Program-made: the position numbers and the translations under genes
Notes under the pieces: model-generated
What the model was told of the DNA's origin: nothing
Databases searched by the model: none
What the model saw: only the letters and a program-made list of their open reading frames with translations
Origin: Elusimicrobiota bacterium
GTDB lineage: Bacteria; Elusimicrobiota; Elusimicrobia; UBA1565; UBA9628
Direction: 5' to 3'
DNA: 64,000 nucleotides
Assembly: GCA_027452025.1 (NCBI GenBank)
Contig: DAIDHI010000033.1
Location: 4,737 to 68,736, forward strand
Shown here: positions 1 through 8,928 of the stretch, piece after piece
Layout: every line of letters starts with the position of its first letter
Numbering within the stretch: the stretch's first letter is position 1

Positions 1-905
1 GCGAGCAGCAAGCAGGCCAGGAAAATGACGCCTAGGAGCAGGGCCAGCCGCTTGCTGGGGCCGTAGGCTTCGGAGAGGGTCCGGCTGGCGATGACGATCC
101 AGCCGCTCTGCGGGATGTGCGCAAAGCCCGCCAGCTGTCGCGAGCCCTCGGCGTTGGTGTAGACCATGGAGCCGGACGACTGCGACCACACGAGCGCGGG
201 CAGCTCGCCGCGGATATCCTGGAGGAACCTCCGGCTGTTGGGATGGAGGATGACGCGCCCGGTCCCGTCCATTATGATCACGTGGCCGGTCTTGCCGAAG
301 CGCACCCGCTTGAGGCCGCCCAGCGTGTGGCGGTTGAGCGCCACGATCCCCGCGACCTCTCCGACGACGGCGCCTCGGCGCCGGACGCGTTCCACGACGG
401 CGAAGCACCAGCGGCCGGAGACCGACCGGTAGACCTCCGAGAACCCGGGGGCGGCGCTCGGCAAGCCCGGCGCCAATGCGCCCGGCGAGGGCCGCAGGAG
501 TCCGCCGGTCTCGGGCGGGACGGCGTCCATCGCCACGATCCGTCCTTTGGCGTCGGCCACGACGACGCCGTCCAGGAGTTCGGCGCTGGTCGCCGCGGTG
601 TTGAGGATCGGGCGCACGCGCGCGGCGTCGAGGGTCGCGATCACGGGGTCGGCCGCGAGATCCTGAAGAGCGACGCGAGTGCGGCCGAGCAACTCGTCGG
701 TCTGGCTGGCGATCGTCTGGGCGATGATGAGCGATTCGCGCTGCTGCTCGCGGCGCATCGCCGAGACGCTGGCGTTGATCGCGAAGAACCCGCTCAAGGC
801 CGAGGTCGACGCGGCCACGAGCACGAGTGCGGCGGTGATCTTCGCCCGGAGGCTCGTGTCGATGAGGGTCAGCGCAGTTCTCCTCGCGGCGTTGAGGATT
901 CCCAA
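1..905 (-). CDS. Sensor protein N-terminal fragment (TM helix, Cache-like extracytoplasmic domain, TM helix); runs off the window edge
   Basis: Absent from the ORF track because there is no stop in the window. My reverse-strand translation reads LGILNAARRTALTLIDTSLRAKITAALVLVAASTSALSGFFAINASV (TM1). A soluble segment follows, ending GFAHIPQSGWIVIASRTLSEAYGPSKR, then LALLLGVIFLACLLLA (TM2) at nt 1. An in-frame TAG lies just upstream, and the only candidate start is TTG at 905-903, so the start is tentative. Confidence 0.5.
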   Translation of the reverse strand, partial: MGILNAARRTALTLIDTSLRAKITAALVLVAASTSALSGFFAINASVSAMRREQQRESLIIAQTIASQTDELLGRTRVALQDLAADPVIATLDAARVRPILNTAATSAELLDGVVVADAKGRIVAMDAVPPETGGLLRPSPGALAPGLPSAAPGFSEVYRSVSGRWCFAVVERVRRRGAVVGEVAGIVALNRHTLGGLKRVRFGKTGHVIIMDGTGRVILHPNSRRFLQDIRGELPALVWSQSSGSMVYTNAEGSRQLAGFAHIPQSGWIVIASRTLSEAYGPSKRLALLLGVIFLACLLL

Positions 906-1011
906 GTCTGGGTTCCGAGCCCTACTCTAATTGATTTCCGGCACGCCTGCAATTTCGTCCAAGTATCGGAATCCTTTCAGATTGATGGGCATCGAAAGAG
1001 AAGGAGGGATT

Positions 1012-1332
1012 ATGAACCATCTCGAGATCACGGATGCGAACTTCAAGGAGGAGGTGCTCGAAAGCGACGTTCCCGTCGTCGTCGACTTTTGGGCGCCGTG
1101 GTGCGGCCCCTGCCGCATGCTGGGGCCCATCATCGACGAGCTGGCCGGCGAATACGACGGGCGGGTCAAGATCGGCAAGCTCAACACCGACGAAAACCCG
1201 GCGGCGGCCTCGGCCCTGCGCATTTCGGCGATCCCGGCGGTGCTGTTCTTCAAGGGCGGACGGCTGGTGGACCGTTCCCTGGGCGTGGTGCCCAAAGCGC
1301 AGCTCAAGGGCCGCATCGAGACGCTCCTTTAG
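1012..1332 (+). CDS. trxA: Thioredoxin
   Basis: Active site WCGPC in VVDFWAPWCGPCRMLGP. AAGGAGG Shine-Dalgarno lies directly upstream of ATG 1012. The track ORF 931..1332 begins at an upstream ATG with no SD. Confidence 0.9.
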   Translation: MNHLEITDANFKEEVLESDVPVVVDFWAPWCGPCRMLGPIIDELAGEYDGRVKIGKLNTDENPAAASALRISAIPAVLFFKGGRLVDRSLGVVPKAQLKGRIETLL

Positions 1333-1359
1333 GCGCCTCGGGGCGCGGCGGCGCGCGGG

Positions 1360-1989
1360 TCAGCCGCCGAGAGTGCGGTCCTGGGTCTCGTACCACTCCA
1401 GCGCGCCGCGCAGGTGTCCCTCGTCGAAATCCGGCCAAAGCGCGTCCACGATGAAAAAGTCGGCGTAGGCGGATTGCACGGGCAGAAAGCCGCTCAAGCG
1501 CCGGGCGCCGCCCCACCGGATCACGAGCTCCACGGCGGGGATGTCGTGCGTGCGAATGGAGCCCTCCCGCGCGCCGGCCAGGTCCCAGGCCCAGCCGTAA
1601 TTGACCAGGAGGTTGACCTTCAGCCCCCGCCCGCGGCGCCGCAGAAAGGGACGCAGCGGCGCCGGAAACGCCGGCTTGGCGGCGTCTCCGACCACGCGCA
1701 GCGCCGCGCCCGCCTGGACCAGAAGCCCGGCCAGCTCCACGCACGCCCGCCGAAAGGCCGTCACCTGGGCGGGCGGCCTGCGGGTGTTCTCTACGGTAAA
1801 GCCGTAGACGGAGACTTGCTCGATGCCGGCGTTGCGGCAAGCCGCCGCCAGGCGCAAGCCGGGTAGGATCCCGGCCTGATAGCCCTCGTCGTTGGGGCGG
1901 CCGCGCTCGCGGGCCCACCGGCGGTTGCCGTCCGGGATGATGCCGACGTGGCGCGGAATCCTGGGTTTCATGGCCGGCGAACTTAGCAT
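1360..1989 (-). CDS. uppS: Undecaprenyl-diphosphate synthase (cis-prenyltransferase)
   Basis: HVGIIPDGNRRWARERG and IRWGGARRLSGFLPVQSAYADF motifs. An alternative start is Met7 at nt 1971. Confidence 0.85.
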   Translation of the reverse strand: MLSSPAMKPRIPRHVGIIPDGNRRWARERGRPNDEGYQAGILPGLRLAAACRNAGIEQVSVYGFTVENTRRPPAQVTAFRRACVELAGLLVQAGAALRVVGDAAKPAFPAPLRPFLRRRGRGLKVNLLVNYGWAWDLAGAREGSIRTHDIPAVELVIRWGGARRLSGFLPVQSAYADFFIVDALWPDFDEGHLRGALEWYETQDRTLGG

Positions 1990-2045
1990 TCCCGTCTGCC
2001 GTCCGGGTGACGAACAGGCAACGACTCCAAGACGCCCCGAGCGCG

Positions 2046-2082
2046 AAAACCCTCCTCCTTCCAGCGGCGGAAAGAGGAGGGT
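2046..2082 (-). terminator. Stem-loop terminator downstream of the 94-aa gene
   Basis: A 9-bp GC-rich stem pairs accctcctc (2049-2057) with gaggagggt (2074-2082) around a 16-nt loop. On the minus strand a short T run (GGGTTTTCG) follows. Confidence 0.45.
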
Positions 2083-2101
2083 CTTGCTTGGCGCGCGGCT
2101 C

Positions 2102-2386
2102 TTAGAATTCGACCCGGAAGCGGCGCGGATCGGACAGGACGACCTCTCCGTTGTCGAGGAGGGCCTTGGCCACGATGTCGTGCTGGCCGGCCCGCAAGTC
2201 CTGGAGATCGAACCAGAAGTAGCCGTCGGCCTGCCGGCAGGTATGGAATTGGCTGTCGTCGATCGAGACGAGGCAGCGCTGCGCGCCCGCGGCGTCGATG
2301 CGGATGGTGTAGCTGCGGGACGTCACCCTCTCGCGCTCGCGGGGATAGTCGATCTCGACGCGGGCCGCCGTCATGGTGTTCATCAT
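2102..2386 (-). CDS. Hypothetical small protein (94 aa, likely beta-sandwich)
   Basis: GGAGG SD 7 nt upstream of the ATG. Amino-acid composition is balanced, unlike the Arg/Gly/Pro-rich shadow ORFs. I recognise no family. Confidence 0.6.
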   Translation of the reverse strand: MMNTMTAARVEIDYPRERERVTSRSYTIRIDAAGAQRCLVSIDDSQFHTCRQADGYFWFDLQDLRAGQHDIVAKALLDNGEVVLSDPRRFRVEF

Positions 2387-2534
2387 TCGAGTTCCTCCGA
2401 GGCCTCCTGGATTTGAGACGCATTTGAGGCCGTTTCAGGCCGTCAGTGTAGACCATCGCGGTCAGGGGGGCCATTGCGGCGGCGTCAGGGTTTTGTGTCC
2501 GCCCCGCGCGGCGCTTCCTCGTCGGCCCGCAATT

Positions 2535-2543
2535 TGAGATAAT
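2535..2543 (+). promoter_or_regulatory. Extended -10 element (TGaGATAAT) for tatC
   Basis: TGAGATAAT at 2535-2543 ends 8 nt before the tatC ATG at 2552. There is no SD in between. Confidence 0.4.
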
Positions 2544-2551
2544 CCAACCAG

Positions 2552-3280
2552 ATGGAAGAGAGCGCGCTCGCCGTCCCCGAGGTCGTCGAGGATCCGCCGA
2601 TTCCGATTTGGGAGCACCTGGAGGAATTGCGCCACCGGCTCATCCAGTCGGTGATCATCCTCCTGGCGGGCGGGGGCTTGGTCTTCGCTTGGTCGCAGCA
2701 GATCCTCGCCCGCCTGGCCGAGCCCGTGGGGCAGGCGGTCTTCACCCAGCCGATGGAGGCTTTCGACACCCGCCTGCGGGTGGCCTTCTACATCGGGTTC
2801 TTGCTGACGCTGCCTCTGCTTCTGCACCAGGCCTGGCTGTTCACGGCTCGAGCCATGTCTCGCGCGACCCGGCGGATGGTGCTGCGGCTGCTTCCGCTGT
2901 CTTACGTGCTGTTTTTGGCCGGCGCCGCGCTGTGCTTCTTCGTCGTCGTCCCGCCCGCCACGAAGTTCTTCCTGGCCTTCGGCACCGACAACGTGCGTCC
3001 TTTCATCACGATCGGCGCCTATCTGGGCTTCGTGACCCGCATGACGTTGTCCTTCGGAATCGCTTTCCAGCTGCCTCTGGTGATGTTCGGCCTCAACCGC
3101 CTCGGCATCCTCAGCCGCAGCCAGCTGGCGGCTTGGCGCCGGCCGTTCTATTTCCTGGCCTTCGTGGTGGGCGCCTTCATGACCTCGCCGGAGGTCTTCA
3201 CGCAGCTCTGCTTGGCCTTCCCGCTCATCATCCTCTTCGAGATGTCCCTGCTGATGATGACGGATCCGCCAAATTGCTAG
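2552..3280 (+). CDS. tatC: Twin-arginine translocase subunit TatC
   Basis: N-terminal WEHLEELRHRLI motif and six hydrophobic segments with the typical TatC layout (FGIAFQLPLVMFGLNRLGI). Confidence 0.9.
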   Translation: MEESALAVPEVVEDPPIPIWEHLEELRHRLIQSVIILLAGGGLVFAWSQQILARLAEPVGQAVFTQPMEAFDTRLRVAFYIGFLLTLPLLLHQAWLFTARAMSRATRRMVLRLLPLSYVLFLAGAALCFFVVVPPATKFFLAFGTDNVRPFITIGAYLGFVTRMTLSFGIAFQLPLVMFGLNRLGILSRSQLAAWRRPFYFLAFVVGAFMTSPEVFTQLCLAFPLIILFEMSLLMMTDPPNC

Positions 3281-3289
3281 TCTCCTGAG

Positions 3290-3826
3290 ATGAAAAGGCT
3301 CCTGCTGGCCGCGGCGGCGCTGGCTCTTTGCGGCCGCGCCGGGGCCGAGGAGGGCCGCATGAAGCTCGAAAGCCCGGCATTCGCCGACCACCAGGCGATC
3401 CCGAAGAAATACACTTGCGACGGCGACAACGCGTCCCCGGCGCTGCGCTGGTCGGGCGTCCCGGCGCCGACCAAGAGTCTGGCGCTGGTCGTGGACGATC
3501 CCGACGCTCCCGCGGGTACGTGGGTGCACTGGGTCGTCTACGACATTCCCGCCTCGGCGACCCGTCTGGAGGAGGGGCTGCCCAAGCGCCCCTCGCTGGC
3601 CAACGGAGCCCGCCAGGGGGCCAGTTGGGGCGTCGAAACCTTCGAGCGCATCGGCTACGACGGCCCCTGCCCGCCTCCCGGAAAGCCGCACCGCTACTTC
3701 TTCAGCCTCTACGCCCTGGACGCGGTCCCCAGGCTGCCGCCGCGGGCCACGAAAGCCGACTTGCTCAAGGCCGCCGCGGGCCACGTCCTGGCCAAGGCCG
3801 AGCTCGTCGGCACCTACGGCCGCTGA
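3290..3826 (+). CDS. Secreted YbhB/YbcL-family PEBP (Raf kinase inhibitor-like) protein
   Basis: Signal peptide MKRLLLAAAALALCGRAGA. Family motifs VVDDPDAP, WVHWVVYDIP and GYDGPCPPPGKPHRYFFSLYALD. Confidence 0.85.
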   Translation: MKRLLLAAAALALCGRAGAEEGRMKLESPAFADHQAIPKKYTCDGDNASPALRWSGVPAPTKSLALVVDDPDAPAGTWVHWVVYDIPASATRLEEGLPKRPSLANGARQGASWGVETFERIGYDGPCPPPGKPHRYFFSLYALDAVPRLPPRATKADLLKAAAGHVLAKAELVGTYGR

Positions 3827-3902
3827 GCGTCGCAGCCTCGTCGATCGGGCGTCGCAACCGTTCGCTCTCCCGGGCGGTACAATGGAATTGGAGGTTGCGA
3901 CA

Positions 3903-4409
3903 ATGTCTGAGCGGATCGTCGGCGGCGAGTTCCTTCTCAAGCCCCGCTCGGGGCTTAAGGTCAGGCGCGTCCTCGACTGGGAGGCGGCGGGCTTGGCCGG
4001 GCTCCTCGGGGCTTTTTGCATGTTCGTGCTCGAGCTGGCCCTGATGCCCTTGGCCGGCCAAGGCGTCCTGGCGGCTCCACGGACGATCGCCGACGCCCTC
4101 TTCGGCGCCTCGTTGCCGGGCGGCGGCGCCGGCCGGCTCGTGGCCATCGCTCTGTTCGCGCACCTGACCTTGGGCTTGGTCTGGGGCCGCGCGGTCGCCG
4201 GGCTCGTCTTTGCCCGGCCCGAGGCCGACGCCGTGCCCCTGGGCGTGATGTTCGGCCTGTCTCTCTACGTCGTCAATTTCCACCTCATCGGACTGGCCTT
4301 GCCCGGCCTGGCGGCCGCGGGCGGCTGGGTCTGGGTGCTGGCGCACCTCCTCTTCGGAGCCGTCGCGGCGTCCGCCTACCGCCGCTTGGAACGGCTCGCC
4401 TACGAGTGA
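3903..4409 (+). CDS. Hypothetical integral membrane protein (about 4 TM)
   Basis: GGAGG SD 9 nt upstream of ATG 3903 (the track ORF starts at 3882). Four hydrophobic helices. Confidence 0.55.
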   Translation: MSERIVGGEFLLKPRSGLKVRRVLDWEAAGLAGLLGAFCMFVLELALMPLAGQGVLAAPRTIADALFGASLPGGGAGRLVAIALFAHLTLGLVWGRAVAGLVFARPEADAVPLGVMFGLSLYVVNFHLIGLALPGLAAAGGWVWVLAHLLFGAVAASAYRRLERLAYE

Positions 4410-4484
4410 TCGCTCTCGTTTTCGCCCCCGGCCGTATTTGCTAGAATGCGGCCGAGACGTGAGGCTATCGGGAGGAGTTGCGCC

Positions 4485-5603
4485 ATGAAGATCGGAGTCC
4501 CCAAGGAAATCAAGAACCGCGAGCACCGCGTGGGCCTGGTGCCCGGCGGCGCGAAGGCCCTGGTCAAGGACGGGCACAAGGTTTTCATCGAAAAATCGGC
4601 GGGCCTCGGCTCGGGCATCACGGACGAGGAATACAAGGCCGCGGGCGCGACGATCGTAGCCGACAAGCGCAAGCTCTTCGAAGACAGCGAGATGATCGTC
4701 AAGGTCAAGGAGCCGCTCGAGGAGGAATACGATTTCTTCCATTCCGACCAGATCCTCTATACCTACCTGCACTTGGCCGCGGCTCCGAAGCTCATTCGCT
4801 TCCTGCAGAAGAGCAAGGTCCGCGCCGTCGCCTACGAGACCATCCAGCTCAAGGACGGCAGCCTGCCGCTGCTCACGCCCATGAGCGAGGTGGCCGGGAA
4901 GATGTCGGTCCAGATCGGGGCGCAGTTTCTTGAGAAGCACTACGGCGGGCGAGGCATCCTTCTCGGGGGCGTGCCCGGCGTCAACCGCGGCGTCGTCACG
5001 ATCATCGGCGGCGGCGTCGTCGGCATCAACGCGGCCAAGATCGCCGTCGGCATGGGAGCCCGTGTCAACATCCTCGACATCTCGGCGGGCCGCCTGGCCT
5101 ACCTCGACGACGTCTTCGGCAATGCCGTCACGACGCTCATGAGCCACGACGAGAGCATCCACAACGCCGTCGTCGGCTCCGACCTCGTGATCGGCGCCGT
5201 GCTAATCCCCGGCGCCAAGGCGCCGCACCTCGTCACTGAGGCCATCGTCAAGAAGATGCGGCCGGGCTCGGTCATCGTCGATGTCGCCGTCGATCAAGGC
5301 GGCTGCGTCGAAACCGCCGAGGTCACGAGCCACGACAAGCCCGTGCTGATCAAGCACGGGGTCCTCCATTACGCCGTCCCCAACATCCCCGGGGCGGTCT
5401 CCAACACCTCCACGTACGCGCTGACCAACGTCACCCTCAAGTACGCCCGGGACATCGCCCGGCTGGGGCTGGAGGAAGCCGTGCGGCGCGACGAGGCCCT
5501 GCGCAAGGGCGTCAACGTCTATAAGGGCCAGGTGACCTGCGCCGCGGTGGCCCAGTCGGCGGGGGAGAAGTCCGCGGAGCTTTCCGCGCTGATCGCCGCC
5601 TAG
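4485..5603 (+). CDS. ald: Alanine dehydrogenase
   Basis: [23 protein letters not shown]-terminus, the Rossmann motif [15 protein letters not shown] and the end-to-end Ald/PNT family pattern. GGAGG SD upstream. Confidence 0.9.
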   Translation: MKIGVPKEIKNREHRVGLVPGGAKALVKDGHKVFIEKSAGLGSGITDEEYKAAGATIVADKRKLFEDSEMIVKVKEPLEEEYDFFHSDQILYTYLHLAAAPKLIRFLQKSKVRAVAYETIQLKDGSLPLLTPMSEVAGKMSVQIGAQFLEKHYGGRGILLGGVPGVNRGVVTIIGGGVVGINAAKIAVGMGARVNILDISAGRLAYLDDVFGNAVTTLMSHDESIHNAVVGSDLVIGAVLIPGAKAPHLVTEAIVKKMRPGSVIVDVAVDQGGCVETAEVTSHDKPVLIKHGVLHYAVPNIPGAVSNTSTYALTNVTLKYARDIARLGLEEAVRRDEALRKGVNVYKGQVTCAAVAQSAGEKSAELSALIAA

Positions 5604-5605
5604 CG

Positions 5606-6358
5606 CTACCGGGCCGCAGCCAGGTAGAAGTCGGTGTCGACGGGCTCGCCGCCGGCGGCCTGCACGGTGTAGGGGCCGTCGAGGGAGTGGAGCAAGTCCC
5701 GAGCCAGCGTCCGGCGCTCCTCTTCGCTCATGCCGGCGACGTTCTCCGTCTCGGGGTTCAGATAGGAGGGCGCATAGCCGCCCAGCCGCACCTTCACCGC
5801 GTAACCTCCTCGCGGCAGCGCCGGGATGCGCGCGCGGTAGACGCCGTCGCCGTCCGTGGACGTCTCGAAGCGCTTGCCGGAGGCGGGGTCCTCGAAATCG
5901 ACCTCGCAGCGGGAAAGAGGCTTGAGGGTCACGAGGTCGAAGACCCGGCCTTGGAATCTCCAATCCCCGGAGGGCCGGCTGTCATGGGAGATCATGACCG
6001 CGGCGTCTGGATCGTCGTCGGCGTCGCCGGCGAGCGGCGCCGGGCGGGCGGCGGCCGGCGAAGAGCCCAGGACGGCGGGGGAAGGGGGCAGCGCCACGAA
6101 GCCTCGGCTGCGCACGAAGCGCGCGATGGGGGAATTCGCGCTCTCGGAGCCGCCCCAGCGGAGCACGAAATCCAGGCCCTTCCAGCCGGCCCAAAGCATG
6201 CCGCCTCCCAACAGCAGGAGGATGAGCGCCCGCGGCACGCCGGAGCCGCGGCGGCTCCGGTATGGGCCGGCCTCCTCGTCCCAGGAGGCCGGGCAATTGG
6301 GGCAGGCCGTAGCCTCGGGAGAAACCGGATGACCGCATTGCGGACAGCGGGAAGCCAT
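5606..6358 (-). CDS. Zinc-ribbon / TM / carboxypeptidase-regulatory-like domain protein
   Basis: N-terminal CPQCGHPVSPEATACPNCP, one TM helix (ALILLLLGGGMLWAGW), and a C-terminal beta-sandwich-like segment (FQGRVFD...DGDGVYRARIP...GGYAVKV). Confidence 0.6.
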   Translation of the reverse strand: MASRCPQCGHPVSPEATACPNCPASWDEEAGPYRSRRGSGVPRALILLLLGGGMLWAGWKGLDFVLRWGGSESANSPIARFVRSRGFVALPPSPAVLGSSPAAARPAPLAGDADDDPDAAVMISHDSRPSGDWRFQGRVFDLVTLKPLSRCEVDFEDPASGKRFETSTDGDGVYRARIPALPRGGYAVKVRLGGYAPSYLNPETENVAGMSEEERRTLARDLLHSLDGPYTVQAAGGEPVDTDFYLAAAR

Positions 6359-6385
6359 CGCGCTTTAGAATAGCAGGAGGGCGGC

Positions 6386-8197
6386 CTACGCGCAACCGCC
6401 GAGCGCGGCGCGCAGGCCCCAAAGACCGAAGGCGAGCAAGGCCAAAAGGGTCAGCGCCAGGCCCCGGTAGAACGGGGCGGGCCGGTAGAGCCAGACGACC
6501 TCGTGGGTCCCGGAGGGCACGGCGCAGGAGCGGAAAGCCCCGAGATAGGGCGTCGCCCGAGCCGGCCGGCCGTCTATAAATACCTCCCAGCCGCGGGTCA
6601 GGCGGTCGGCGACGGTGACGAGGCCGGGCCGCGGGCCCTCCACCCGGAGTCGGAGCCGGTCGGGAGCGTCTTGGAGCGTCTCGACGGCGCCCGCGGGCAG
6701 CCGGCGCACCCGCGCGGCCGCGCCCGCGACGGGCGCGGCTCGCGGGTGCTGCGGCCGGCCGTCGACGACCACGGAGACTCCGAGAAAGCGCAGGAGCGCG
6801 GGCAGTCGGCCGTTCGCGCGCGCCTCGGCTAGAACCCTCTCGAGGGCGGCCGGCCGGGTGATGTCGTCGCTGCGGATTTCACGGACGCCGAAGACCGTCG
6901 GGTGCGACGGCGCGAGGCTCTCGACGAGCAGGCTCCAGTCGTTCTCGGCCGAGCCCGGAGCCTGGCCGGCGCTGGACCGGTGAAGCGCCGCAAGAAGCGG
7001 GTCCGCCAGATAAGCCCTCCGGTCGCCCCCGGCTAGGCCGCGCGCGACCAGGGCCGGCCGCAGGCGGTAGAATCCCGCGCGCGCGCGCGCCGTCGCGGGC
7101 AGCGCCGCGAAGACCCAGAGATCGACAAAGACCGCGGCCAGCGCCAGCGCTCGGGCGGGGCGGCTGAGGCGTCCGGCGCCGGCGGCGGCCAGCAGCGCCA
7201 GCCCCAAGGACGCGGCGCAGCCCCACTGGGCGGGAAAGCGAAAGAGGGCGAGCCCCGGCAGGGCGCGCAGCAGCGCGCCGTAGGCGGGCGTCGAGCCGCC
7301 AAGCATGAGCAGCGCCCCGCCGGCCGCCCAGGCGGCCGGCGCCGCGGTCCGAGGGCGCCCTAGGCCGGCCGCCGCCAGGGCGAGCGCGGGAAGGCCGACA
7401 TAAAAGGACGTGATCGTCGGGTCGCCGGAGAAAGCCGCGGCCGCGCGGTTCCACCAGGGGCGCAGCAGCATCGTCATCAGAGCCCGGGGAGACAGGGAAT
7501 ACACGAGCGCGGCTTGAGCCGTGAGAGCGCCCGAGCGCAGGGACTCATGGAACAGTCGCAAGGCCGGGAGCAGCTGGACGGCGCACACGGCCAGGGCGCC
7601 CGCGCCGGCGGCCAGCCCCGGCAGAAGGCGGCGGCGCGGGCAGAGCGCCAAGGCCATGCCCAGGGTCATGTAGACGAAGAACGGGTGGCCGCCCAGATAC
7701 TGGAGCGCCAGGGCGAGGGCGGTCAGCAGCGGGCGGCCCTCGCTCCAGAAAAGCAGGACCAGCGGCATCAGCGCGAGCGAGTCGACCTGGGCGACTAGGC
7801 CCGCGTGATAATACGGAAAGCCCCCGCATCCGGCCACGAGCCCGGCCAGCGCGGCCGCCAGGCCTGCGGCGCCGCGGCTGCGGGCCAGCAACGCGGCGCC
7901 GACCGTCAGCAGCACCGCGTCCGCGGCCAGCTCCAGCCGGAAGGCCAGCGGAAACGGAAAAAGCGAGAACAGCGCGTGAAGCGGGAACAGCGCGCCCGCT
8001 TGAGGGTCGGCGAGCAGGGGCGAGCCGCAGAATTCATAGGGGTTCCATAGGGGCAGCACGCCGCATTGAAGCTGTCGCTCCACTTGGACGATCAGGGGAT
8101 GATAAAAGAGGAAAAGATTGCCGAACAGCGGCAGTCCTCGCGAGAACAGAGGAATCCTCCACACCGCCAGCGCCAGCGCGGCCAGCGCCGGCAGCAT
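6386..8197 (-). CDS. YfhO-like polytopic membrane glycosyltransferase (GT-C type), paralog 1
   Basis: Starts MLPALAALALAVW. It has the LPLWNPYEFCGSPLLADPQAGALFP motif shared with the second paralog at 61749, many TM helices and a C-terminal extracytoplasmic domain with a final TM. Its ATG overlaps the upstream stop (TGATG). The track ORF 6386..8893 extends artificially upstream. Confidence 0.7.
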   Translation of the reverse strand: MLPALAALALAVWRIPLFSRGLPLFGNLFLFYHPLIVQVERQLQCGVLPLWNPYEFCGSPLLADPQAGALFPLHALFSLFPFPLAFRLELAADAVLLTVGAALLARSRGAAGLAAALAGLVAGCGGFPYYHAGLVAQVDSLALMPLVLLFWSEGRPLLTALALALQYLGGHPFFVYMTLGMALALCPRRRLLPGLAAGAGALAVCAVQLLPALRLFHESLRSGALTAQAALVYSLSPRALMTMLLRPWWNRAAAAFSGDPTITSFYVGLPALALAAAGLGRPRTAAPAAWAAGGALLMLGGSTPAYGALLRALPGLALFRFPAQWGCAASLGLALLAAAGAGRLSRPARALALAAVFVDLWVFAALPATARARAGFYRLRPALVARGLAGGDRRAYLADPLLAALHRSSAGQAPGSAENDWSLLVESLAPSHPTVFGVREIRSDDITRPAALERVLAEARANGRLPALLRFLGVSVVVDGRPQHPRAAPVAGAAARVRRLPAGAVETLQDAPDRLRLRVEGPRPGLVTVADRLTRGWEVFIDGRPARATPYLGAFRSCAVPSGTHEVVWLYRPAPFYRGLALTLLALLAFGLWGLRAALGGCA

Positions 8198-8928
8198 CAG
8201 CGCCCGGACGCGGCGGGAGCCTCGAGCCGCCGGAGCATCATCCTCGCGATGCCCCGGTAGCCCGGGTCGCGGGAGCTTTCCGCGATCTCGCGATAAAGGG
8301 CGGCGGCGCGCGCGCGGTCGCCCCGGCTGAGATAAAGATAGGCGACCATGTTCTTGATCATGGTCGGGCAGTCCGGGCGCGAGAGCATCGGCTCGAGCAG
8401 CCGCAGGACCCGCCGCTTGTCGCCGGTGCGCGAGAATCCGACGGCGGCCATGTACTGCGCCAGCTCGACGTCTCCGGGGTTGCGCGCGGCGGCGTAGCGC
8501 AGGACGTCCAGGGCTTGATCGGGCCGGTTGAGATTGAAGGCGAGGGCGCCGGCCGCGTAGATCGCGACGTAGGTGAACGACGGGTCGATGTCGAGGACGC
8601 GCTCGGCGCGCGAGGCGAGCTCGGGATAGTGGCCGCCGCCCCAGGCGAGCTCGGGGTGCATGGGGTCGAGATAAGGATGGCTTCCCGGCTCCTCCGATAC
8701 CACCCCCGCTTCCTCCGGGGTGCCGTAATAGATCAGCAGCCGCACCAAGCCGAGATCCGCCGCCATCCGCCTCATGCCGAGGCTCAGCAGCGCGGCGTCC
8801 TCGACGGCGGAGTCGGCGTTGAGCCGGACGCCCGCGGCGGCGGCCTTCGGGGCGGGAGCGAGCCTCGTCGCGGCGAGATTGAGCGTGCAGCACGCCGCCA
8901 GGCCCAGCGCCAGCGGACGCAGGGCCAT
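8197..8928 (-). CDS. TPR-like repeat lipoprotein
   Basis: Signal peptide with lipobox MALRPLALGLAAC. Helical repeat content (ALDVLRYAAARNPGDVELAQYMAAVGF, AYLYLSRGDRARAAALYREIAE). Its start overlaps the permease stop (TGATG). Confidence 0.6.
   Translation of the reverse strand: MALRPLALGLAACCTLNLAATRLAPAPKAAAAGVRLNADSAVEDAALLSLGMRRMAADLGLVRLLIYYGTPEEAGVVSEEPGSHPYLDPMHPELAWGGGHYPELASRAERVLDIDPSFTYVAIYAAGALAFNLNRPDQALDVLRYAAARNPGDVELAQYMAAVGFSRTGDKRRVLRLLEPMLSRPDCPTMIKNMVAYLYLSRGDRARAAALYREIAESSRDPGYRGIARMMLRRLEAPAASGR

Noticed and set aside
117-1454. 445-aa plus-strand ORF covering the first 1.4 kb
   Set aside because: It has extreme Arg/Gly/Pro/Ala composition and no recognisable motifs. It overlaps a well-formed Cache-sensor reading frame on the minus strand and the bona fide trxA gene. 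This is a typical GC-rich shadow ORF.
2462-5162. Long minus-strand ORFs 2462..4147 and 3765..5162
   Set aside because: They are antisense to tatC, the PEBP gene, the membrane protein and ald, all of which have clear family motifs. Their translations are Arg/Gly/Glu/Asp-rich low-information sequence.
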